IMG/VR virus record: IMGVR_UViG_3300032242_002041
Location: 124,001 to 188,000 of that record
DNA length: 64,000 nucleotides
Reading direction: 5' to 3' (one strand)
How positions within the stretch are numbered: the first letter of the stretch is position 1; every line of letters starts with the position of its first letter. Positions 26,326 to 33,709 of this stretch are shown one piece after another. Under the pieces are notes generated by a model that saw nothing but the letters and a program-made list of their open reading frames with translations, had not been told where the DNA came from and ran no database searches. Position numbers and translations under genes: made by a program.

Positions 26326-26424
26326 TCAATCGTCCCATCCCTCTGTTTCTAGTCCACAGCCATTGACCCACGCCCAAATCATATTTGGTAGTGTGGCTAA
26401 GAGTAGATAGTTCGAATGTTTCAT
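26326..26424 (-). CDS. Putative leader peptide (32 aa)
   Basis: MKHSNYLLLATLPNMIWAWVNGCGLETEGWDD; starts 11 nt after a -10 box and precedes a terminator. Confidence 0.45.
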   Translation of the reverse strand: MKHSNYLLLATLPNMIWAWVNGCGLETEGWDD

Positions 26425-26434
26425 GTTAGTAAGT

Positions 26435-26463
26435 ATTATACACGGTTATTTATCTCTTGTCAA
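26435..26463 (-). promoter_or_regulatory. Sigma70-type promoter with nested TAAATA
   Basis: TTGACA-17-TATAAT; TAAATA in spacer. Confidence 0.9.
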
Positions 26464-26528
26464 CCCCTGTCAGACAACAAATTTGTTTTAATTGTCAGCC
26501 AAGTTACCTGCTACTAAATATTGGCTCA

Positions 26529-27737
26529 ATGCAAGCAACTCACCCTGTTCTTTTTGCAGACTCTAAAGCGCCATTTGATACTGTTGCTAAAAATGGCTAT
26601 TATCAAGTTGGCAATCAATTTTTTAATCATAAGATATCAGCTTTGATAGAAGCTACAAAAACCAATCAATCCGTACAATGGCATTTCAATGATCCGGTAT
26701 GGAATAAAATAAACTGGCGCAGCAATGATTCAATACCGGTTACATATTGGTATCAAGAACGAGCAAAACAATTAAGAGACAAATATGATTATCTGATCTT
26801 GGCATTCAGCGGAGGCAGAGACAGTCATAATGTATTACATAGTTTTATTGATAATGATATTCATTTAGATGAAGTCTGGTGCGATTGGCCGCTTCAACAT
26901 ACTGAAGGAAAGTTTGATTTAAATCCACATGATTGTTCTCCAGAGAACATGCCAAGCGAGTGGACCTATAGTATTAAACCAGAACTAGATCGACTGGCTC
27001 AATCGCATTCTCTTACAAAAATTACCATAACTGATTCTACTTCTACATTGGCTGACGAAAATGCCGAAGATACTTTGATGATATCTCAATACGCATTTTA
27101 TGCCACTGTCAAACGTTTTAGAGAATTAGATACTATTGTTCGACAGCGCAGTAAAAAATACGCTCGGGTAGGAGTCATTGTAGGCATTGAAAAACCACAA
27201 TATCTAATAATCAACGGCTTTATGTCATTGTTTTTTAGCGACAGCACCATGCAGATAAAATCTGACAGCATTGGAGACTGTACTAGAGAAGTTGAATATT
27301 TCTATTGGTCAGCTGATCTGCCCGAGTTGGTTAGATCGCAAGGACATGCAATCCTTGATTACCTAAGAGCCAATCCATGGGCACAGCAATTGCAATCTTT
27401 TGCATCAATTAAAAATAATCTTACAGTTACCATTGATACTCCAGAACAAAGCCAGGCCTGGAGAAATTTAATAAACTACGCAATTTATCCACAATGGGAC
27501 AATAAATTTCAAGTAGCTAAACCTATTGATTTTTTATACAATAATGAATATTATTCTTGGCTGACCAGTCATCAAGATCTCAGGGCATTACAAAGTCATC
27601 GTAATGCCTTGGATAACTCACTAAAATTGGTAGATCACAGATTTTTTAAAAAAGCACACAATAATGCAATTTTAAATTATAAACCTTTTACTACAAAATT
27701 TTTACCAGTTGGAAAACTAGAAAATTTACTAGATTAG
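26529..27737 (+). CDS. PP-loop enzyme, paralog B
   Basis: LAFSGGRDS, IVGIEKP, EYFYWSADLPE; TAAATA at 26515-26520. Confidence 0.75.
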   Translation: MQATHPVLFADSKAPFDTVAKNGYYQVGNQFFNHKISALIEATKTNQSVQWHFNDPVWNKINWRSNDSIPVTYWYQERAKQLRDKYDYLILAFSGGRDSHNVLHSFIDNDIHLDEVWCDWPLQHTEGKFDLNPHDCSPENMPSEWTYSIKPELDRLAQSHSLTKITITDSTSTLADENAEDTLMISQYAFYATVKRFRELDTIVRQRSKKYARVGVIVGIEKPQYLIINGFMSLFFSDSTMQIKSDSIGDCTREVEYFYWSADLPELVRSQGHAILDYLRANPWAQQLQSFASIKNNLTVTIDTPEQSQAWRNLINYAIYPQWDNKFQVAKPIDFLYNNEYYSWLTSHQDLRALQSHRNALDNSLKLVDHRFFKKAHNNAILNYKPFTTKFLPVGKLENLLD

Positions 27738-27738
27738 T

Positions 27739-28671
27739 TTACCGAGTTTCTGATATTTGTTTTTCGTAACGATGTACCAAGGCTTTTATTTGCAGTACAC
27801 GCAAATTAAAAAATTCTTCGGTTGACATTTTTGGTTTCCTAAACATAGGAGGACTCATATCCGATGAACTGCTTATGTAATCTGCTCCAAGTTTTTCTTG
27901 TGCTTGATCTAAGATGCGGGCAATTTCCTGTCGCTTGGCCACAGGCATTTTAACATTTGCTACAGTGCTCATAAAAATTGTTGGAGTATTAAATCCTTGC
28001 TCGGATAACGTTTTAATTTCGGGAACTAACGGATTTCTAGTAGGGCAACTGATTCCTAATATTTTTAAGTTGGGATTTTTTGATTTGAAGATTTGATAAT
28101 TTGATACTCGCTCAATTACAAAGTTAATAGGCTCTCCAGCAGCCATTTGAGTCAACGCATCATAGTTGGCTTTATAAACAATATACCTAACTTTAAATCC
28201 TAACTTTTCGCCAATAATAAGTGCAGTTAAATGTGTGGCATTTCCGTAGCCGGTTCCGCCAACAGTAATTTCTTTTTGACCTTTTAGGCTAGCGATTCCT
28301 TGTTGAGTATTACCGATGTTAGTGATTACCGCCCAACAAGCATCACCTTGGGTAGCAACAGGAACATAATCGGATTCATTAATTAACCCCTGTCTTGCAT
28401 TTTCAACAAACGACGGCGCTACTGTGGCCAACCGTGTTTGTGGATTTTGATCCATGGTTTTCAATGCAATGACACCTTGTGCCCCTGGTTTAAATTCTAA
28501 TATAAATTCATATTTATTTTGGCTTCGATTGGCTATGTCCAGCATTTTAATATATGGTGTTGCATTTGGTTGATTGGCGGCAGCTCCAAATTCAATAACA
28601 ATTGTTTCTTGCGCCAACACAGATTGAAATGCTGTTATACAAGCTAATAGACTCAATATTTTTTTAATCAT
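27739..28671 (-). CDS. Bug/TctC-like substrate-binding protein
   Basis: Signal peptide MIKKILSLLACITAFQSVLA; EFKPGAQG, GGTGYGNATHL, IKTLSEQG. Confidence 0.75.
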   Translation of the reverse strand: MIKKILSLLACITAFQSVLAQETIVIEFGAAANQPNATPYIKMLDIANRSQNKYEFILEFKPGAQGVIALKTMDQNPQTRLATVAPSFVENARQGLINESDYVPVATQGDACWAVITNIGNTQQGIASLKGQKEITVGGTGYGNATHLTALIIGEKLGFKVRYIVYKANYDALTQMAAGEPINFVIERVSNYQIFKSKNPNLKILGISCPTRNPLVPEIKTLSEQGFNTPTIFMSTVANVKMPVAKRQEIARILDQAQEKLGADYISSSSDMSPPMFRKPKMSTEEFFNLRVLQIKALVHRYEKQISETR

Positions 28672-28715
28672 AACATTAATAGTTAGTCGACCTTTGCACA
28701 AGCTATAAATATTCC

Positions 28716-29762
28716 ATGCTTAATATACAAGACATTCGTCAAGTACAGATAGAACTCACCACTCGGTGCAATGCTCGTTGCCCGATGTGCATGAGAAATT
28801 ATCGCGGCCTGGATTTCAATTCTGGATATCCTGAAACAGAACTTACTTTAGATAACATAAAACAAATTTTGCAACCAGAATTTTTAAAGCAATTAACTAA
28901 AGGAATAAGCTTCAACGGCAATTTAGGCGATTTTGGGCTAGCCCGAGATGCACAAGAAATAGTACAATGGTTAACAGATCAAGGTGTTCCAGTATACATC
29001 AATTCTAACGCTAGTATGCGTACACCAGACTGGTGGGCCCGACTGGCCCGTCCTGGAGTCAGAATTGGATTTGCCATTGATGGATTAGCGGATACGCACA
29101 GTTTGTACAGACAAGATACCGATTGGCACCGAGTAATAGCCAATGCAACTGCATTTATTCAAGCAGGCGGGCATGCTATTTGGCGCTTTATTCCTTTTGA
29201 TCATAACCAACATCAAGAACAAGCCTGTAAAGATTTAGCTAAAGAACTAGGTTTTTTTCAATTTGAAAATATTAACGAAGGCCGCAACCGCGGGCCTGTA
29301 TATTCTAGACTAGGAGAGTTCAGTCATTGGCTTGGCGAACCTTTTACCGATCAAGAAAAACTAAACCCACCTGATATAAAATCAATGTTAGAAAGTCATG
29401 TTACTTGGTTTGACTATCGTACGGTTAAATCTAACAAAGACACCCAGCCATTAAATTTAATCTGTAATCATAAGCGTATTAAAGAAATTTATATTGCAGC
29501 AGACGGAACTGTTTACCCATGTTGCTTTTTGGGCTTTTATCCCACAACAATGAATCATCCTGGTAATAAAGAATTAAAACCAATGATTAAAAATAACAAC
29601 GCCCTAGAATATCCATTGGAAGAATGCATTAATTGGTTTAACGAAGTTGAAAAATCTTGGGATCGTTCCAGTATTGCCGACGGTAGATTATACACTTGTG
29701 TTAATACTTGTGGGCAACATGACACTCCTATTTTTGCAAAACACAAACAAGAGATAATATGA
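28716..29762 (+). CDS. Radical SAM protein with C-terminal SPASM/Twitch-like domain
   Basis: CNARCPMC; YIAADGTVYPCC; CVNTC; TATAAATA 4 nt upstream. Confidence 0.85.
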   Translation: MLNIQDIRQVQIELTTRCNARCPMCMRNYRGLDFNSGYPETELTLDNIKQILQPEFLKQLTKGISFNGNLGDFGLARDAQEIVQWLTDQGVPVYINSNASMRTPDWWARLARPGVRIGFAIDGLADTHSLYRQDTDWHRVIANATAFIQAGGHAIWRFIPFDHNQHQEQACKDLAKELGFFQFENINEGRNRGPVYSRLGEFSHWLGEPFTDQEKLNPPDIKSMLESHVTWFDYRTVKSNKDTQPLNLICNHKRIKEIYIAADGTVYPCCFLGFYPTTMNHPGNKELKPMIKNNNALEYPLEECINWFNEVEKSWDRSSIADGRLYTCVNTCGQHDTPIFAKHKQEII

Positions 29763-30637
29763 CCAATAGAATAGTAATAGATAAATTAGAATTTTACATC
29801 ACTAACGTATGTAATCTGACTTGTAGTGGATGTAATAGATATAATAATTATAAGTTTGCTGGCTGGGAAAATTGGAATGATTATGAAAAGATTTTTGAAC
29901 AATGGGCAGAAAAAATTGACATTATTAAACCGGTAATATTAGGTGGAGAACCTTTGCTTAATCCCACTATCAACGAGTGGATCAACGGAATTCAGCGAAT
30001 ATGGCCCGCCCACTACTCGCCACAAATTCAAAGCAATGGAACACGTATAGATTTGGTTGACGGGTTATACAACGCATGTCGTAAATCGGGTACATGGATT
30101 GGCATTAGCCTTCATGTGCAAGACGATAGAGATGCTATTTTTAATCGTATTAGAAATTTTTTAGTGCATCCAATTAACGAAACAACTGACAGTAGCTCAC
30201 AACACGGATCAAATTGTCAATTTGTTGATGCAAATAACGTACAAGTGCATGTATGGTTATCTGATCATTTTACACAAAACAATATTATAGAAGGCCCTAT
30301 GGGAGAATTTAAACTATACAATAGTGATCCTATTCTGGCACACAATAACTGTGCATTTGTTAAATTTAAAAATTATCATTTTATCAATGGAAAAATTCAC
30401 AAGTGTGGACCAGCTCCCCTAATGCAACAATTTGATCAGCAGTATCCTTTTAGTATATCAGATGAGGATCGTGCGCTTATACACAGTTATCGAGGGTTAT
30501 CGGTAGATGAATTTGACGAGCGTGGTGAAGAATTTTTCCGTACCATAGATGATCCTATACCACAGTGTAAATTTTGTCCTGAATCATATGAGTATAAAAA
30601 AATACAATTTTCAAATCTAAAGCCTAACAAAATTTAA
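29759..30637 (+). CDS. Radical SAM protein
   Basis: CNLTCSGC; LGGEPLL; C-terminal CKFC. Confidence 0.85.
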   Translation: MTNRIVIDKLEFYITNVCNLTCSGCNRYNNYKFAGWENWNDYEKIFEQWAEKIDIIKPVILGGEPLLNPTINEWINGIQRIWPAHYSPQIQSNGTRIDLVDGLYNACRKSGTWIGISLHVQDDRDAIFNRIRNFLVHPINETTDSSSQHGSNCQFVDANNVQVHVWLSDHFTQNNIIEGPMGEFKLYNSDPILAHNNCAFVKFKNYHFINGKIHKCGPAPLMQQFDQQYPFSISDEDRALIHSYRGLSVDEFDERGEEFFRTIDDPIPQCKFCPESYEYKKIQFSNLKPNKI

Positions 30638-30642
30638 TCAAT

Positions 30643-30667
30643 AAAAAAGGCACCAAAGTGCCTTTTT
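30643..30667. terminator. Bidirectional terminator between convergent genes
   Basis: AAAAAAGGCAC-CAAA-GTGCCTTTTT. Confidence 0.8.
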
Positions 30668-30687
30668 AAACTCTAATTGGAATCTAA

Positions 30688-31140
30688 TTAGAATGAGTAC
30701 TTAACACCGGCTGTTACAATGTTACCATTGTAGGCTTTGGTAATGTTGTTGCCCTTTTGGTAAGCATAGTCTGCAACCAAATTGATTTTAGAAGTAACTG
30801 GATACGCAACACCAGCACCAGCGAACCCAGCGCCGCCATTGGAAGTCTTTGGACTTTGTGGATCAATATAAGCAACACCAGCACGAACATTGGTTTGTAC
30901 AGGACCTAGTTTAATTACATCGTAGCTGACACTTGCTGTGTAACGATTAACGTCAACACGTTGAGTTGTGCTACGATCTGCAGTAGCTTGAATACCAACT
31001 TTGCCAAAAGATTGACCTGCAGAGATACCAACCAAGTTACTGTCGGAACCCATGTTGCGTCCGCCATATACACCAACATCGGCGGCACTGACCAGCCCAG
31101 CGGATACAGTTAATGCTACTGCTAAAAATAGTTGTTTCAT
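30688..31140 (-). CDS. Small outer-membrane beta-barrel protein (OmpA/Ail/Lom-like)
   Basis: Signal peptide; alternating beta-strands; C-terminal GVKYSF. Confidence 0.8.
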   Translation of the reverse strand: MKQLFLAVALTVSAGLVSAADVGVYGGRNMGSDSNLVGISAGQSFGKVGIQATADRSTTQRVDVNRYTASVSYDVIKLGPVQTNVRAGVAYIDPQSPKTSNGGAGFAGAGVAYPVTSKINLVADYAYQKGNNITKAYNGNIVTAGVKYSF

Positions 31141-31261
31141 TTGATTTATTTCCTTTTAAGAATGGGCACAGATTTATGTCCCGTGAATAATATTTAGTGG
31201 GTTTTACTGATGGACAGCAAAAATGCCAACTTTTTGTTAGTTTTTGGAGTTAACGGCGTAT

Positions 31262-31288
31262 AAAAAGAAACCCGCCGAAGCGGGTTCT
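31262..31288 (-). terminator. Intrinsic terminator downstream of tmRNA
   Basis: AACCCGC-TTCG-GCGGGTT followed by TCTTTTT. Confidence 0.85.
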
Positions 31289-31289
31289 A

Positions 31290-31645
31290 CTATTTTCTGT
31301 TACGAGGTATAATTACCCTAAGCAGTGATTAAACTGCTAAAGATTGACGTTGTGCTGTACGAGCAGAGAACTTAACGTTCTTACCTGAAACAGTTACTTC
31401 GCCTGTATTTGCGTTTGCATTTACGAGATTTGCTTCTTCGACCGAGCTTCCCCAGTCCTAACGGCTTTAGCTTTGCCGATTCTCCAATAGCCCTTGTGTG
31501 CCAATCGATACCAAATTCATCCCCACCGAAGCATACTGTTTTCACCCTCCGAACTTCACGCTGGGTAACGCATCACAATACACTTCGGTGGAGATGTCGG
31601 GGCTTGAACCCGAGTCTTGCTCACCCTACTTCTATCTTCAACGAA
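31290..31645 (-). ncRNA. ssrA: Circularly permuted (two-piece) tmRNA
   Basis: Acceptor piece GACTCGGGTTCAAGCCCCGACATCTCCA (to 31589) precedes 5' piece GGGGATG (31524); intervening self-complementary stem; tag ORF 31418-31329 ANANTGEVTVSGKNVKFSARTAQRQSLAV; outer ends approximate. Confidence 0.85.
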
Positions 31646-31777
31646 TTTTATTTTGTGGCATACTTTTTTAAGTCGACCACTACTAAACCCTTTATGTTGG
31701 ACAAGAGTTCGACCAACTTTTACTCTAAGACACAGTTTGCCTTCACTACGAAGGAATTACAACAATTCTTTTAAAAC

Positions 31778-32020
31778 TTAAATAATCTGGACCAGAGCTT
31801 GAGCTGGCGGCGGTGTAAAAGTGTTTAACAAGGCAATCCACTCGTCGGCTGCTGCTTCTGTAGTCCAAATTCTAACACCGGCTGAGTGATCTATATTGCG
31901 AGCACCGGTACCATTTGTTGTTCCAGCACTAACGCATTCGTCTAGTTTTTGAGACATAGTGTCAGTTTCTGCGGGAGTAGCGTCGCGACCAAACGATACT
32001 ACTGTAATAATTGTAGACAT
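31778..32020 (-). CDS. Hypothetical protein, tandem duplicate 1
   Basis: Shares RIWTTEAAADEW...PPPAQA with 32040..32297. Confidence 0.75.
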   Translation of the reverse strand: MSTIITVVSFGRDATPAETDTMSQKLDECVSAGTTNGTGARNIDHSAGVRIWTTEAAADEWIALLNTFTPPPAQALVQII

Positions 32021-32039
32021 ATAAATTCCTTTTTAATTT

Positions 32040-32297
32040 TTAAGAACCAACCGTAATCACCATTGCTTGTGCAGGTGGCGGAACGATTGCATTAACCGAT
32101 GTTAGCCACTCGTCGGCTGCTGCTTCTGTAGTCCAAATTCTAATCGTTGGACCAGTTAAAGGCGTAGTACTAGCAGTAGCCCTAGAGCCATTGGTAGTAC
32201 CGGCAGCTATGCAATTGGCCAGTTCATTTTCAATTGCAGTACTTTCTGCTGCAGTCAACACTCGTCCTAAGATGACATAAGTTGTAATTATAGACAT
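32040..32297 (-). CDS. Hypothetical protein, tandem duplicate 2
   Basis: As above; identical upstream SD region. Confidence 0.75.
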   Translation of the reverse strand: MSIITTYVILGRVLTAAESTAIENELANCIAAGTTNGSRATASTTPLTGPTIRIWTTEAAADEWLTSVNAIVPPPAQAMVITVGS

Positions 32298-32337
32298 ATA
32301 AATTCCTTTTTAATTTTAATGCTTAATACTAAACAAT

Positions 32338-32505
32338 TCAGTTGTATCCTTTAACTGCTTTTCCGTCAATTTTAGGATTACCACGGGCACACACTTCTAA
32401 ATACTTTTCACGGTTGCGCTCTTCGGGTAACGGACCACAACCTAAGCGATCCCACTCTTTGTCAGAATAAAAAAACTGTTTTACAGGTTTGTTGTTTTGC
32501 TCCAT
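32338..32505 (-). CDS. Hypothetical protein (55 aa)
   Basis: Manual translation MEQNNKPVKQFFYSDKEWDRLGCGPLPEERNREKYLEVCARGNPKIDGKAVKGYN. Confidence 0.6.
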   Translation of the reverse strand: MEQNNKPVKQFFYSDKEWDRLGCGPLPEERNREKYLEVCARGNPKIDGKAVKGYN

Positions 32506-32580
32506 ACCCGAGTATTTAGCGTATTATTTGATTTTAATCTTAAAACTTAATTTGAGTACAGGGCCGTAAGCAAAAATATT

Positions 32581-32622
32581 ATTATACAGGTTAGTGCTAG
32601 GGGTTGCAACCCCTAGCTAACC
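32581..32622 (-). promoter_or_regulatory. Sigma70-type promoter with -35 centred in a 22-bp perfect palindrome
   Basis: TTGCAA-17-TATAAT; GCTAGGGGTTGCAACCCCTAGC at 32596-32617. Confidence 0.7.
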
Positions 32623-32625
32623 ATT

Positions 32626-33564
32626 TTAACTACGTTTGATTTGATCAACTAATCCAGGAGTGAAATAGTCTTGATACTTGTCATATACCACCTGTGTTGC
32701 CTGAGCAAAACGAGCTTGCTCTTGGGTTGACATTTTAACAACTTCAATGCCATCCGCTATGCAACGGTCTTGCACCAATTTGATATCAGCAACACTTAAA
32801 TCACGCTCGTGACTGGCAGCAACTCGAGCAGCATCGGCTACAACTGTTTGCAATTCTGGGCTTAATGTATTCCAAAAATCTGTGCCAACCAAAATACTAG
32901 TTAAAAACAAACTGTGCTCTGTGTGGTTTACAACCTTGGATACTCGATCTTGACCTAGGGCATAAACACGTGGGTAGGTACTTTCACCAACAGTAACATC
33001 GGCTTGTTCTAAACCTGTGGCTAACTCTTCTAACTCCATTGGCACTACATCGGCGCCAACTGCTTTAAATGTGTCAATAGCAACAGGGCTATGACTTGTG
33101 CGAATTTTCAAACCGCGCAGATCTTCAATCTTGGCAACTGTTTCGTTTCCTGGAATAATGCGGAAGCCGCCTGAGTATGTAAATGCCAGACCTTTAACCT
33201 TCTTGGACTCTTGAAGACTGTCCAATAACTGTTGGCCCACTGCTCCTTCAAATACACGACTAGCATGATCGTGATCAGTGAACAAGAATGGTAAGTCTAA
33301 TGCAAAAAAGTCTTTGTTTACTTTGCCCAGGGTAATGGTGTAGGTTTGACTCATTTCAATTTTACCAGCATCCAATAAATCTAACAATTCGTGTTTGGTC
33401 ACTACGACATTGTTGTTATATTTTTTTGAGTATTCGCCCATGGTCATAACTTCGATATCTAATTGGCCTGGCGCACGAGCATTTACTTCTGCGGCAAATA
33501 CCTTAGCTGCGCGAATGAATAGTTCAATTGGTTCGTGGGCCAATACCCATTTAATATGTTTCAT
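32626..33564 (-). CDS. TRAP transporter substrate-binding protein (DctP-like), no signal peptide
   Basis: ALDLPFLF, GFR, DLRGLKIR, VVPM, TEHS. Confidence 0.85.
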   Translation of the reverse strand: MKHIKWVLAHEPIELFIRAAKVFAAEVNARAPGQLDIEVMTMGEYSKKYNNNVVVTKHELLDLLDAGKIEMSQTYTITLGKVNKDFFALDLPFLFTDHDHASRVFEGAVGQQLLDSLQESKKVKGLAFTYSGGFRIIPGNETVAKIEDLRGLKIRTSHSPVAIDTFKAVGADVVPMELEELATGLEQADVTVGESTYPRVYALGQDRVSKVVNHTEHSLFLTSILVGTDFWNTLSPELQTVVADAARVAASHERDLSVADIKLVQDRCIADGIEVVKMSTQEQARFAQATQVVYDKYQDYFTPGLVDQIKRS

Positions 33565-33700
33565 GTAATCTCCGTTTGATTTTAGAGCTTGCGAAAGATT
33601 TCGCTTACGGGCGGCGTTCCACGTGTAACACAGTGGTAAAAGGGTCGTACCCTAGGCGTCTGCTGAATCCGACGTCAACTGGCTGTTGGCGTTGCTAGTT
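33565..33700 (-). promoter_or_regulatory. Structured 5' leader (candidate riboswitch) of the dctP-like gene
   Basis: Starts just after TATAAATA (33702-33709); hairpins CAAC/GTTG, AGGGT/ACCCT, CCAC/GTGG, GCGAAA/TTTCGC; GC-rich relative to the genome. Confidence 0.45.
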
Positions 33701-33709
33701 TTATTTATA

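Noticed and set aside
31409-31774. 121-aa + strand ORF
   Set aside because: Antisense to the tmRNA gene; no RBS or motif.
33590-33625. CCGCCCGT match to the 16S rRNA decoding region (complement also at about 26013-26020)
   Set aside because: An 8-nt GC-rich match is expected by chance; there is no further support.
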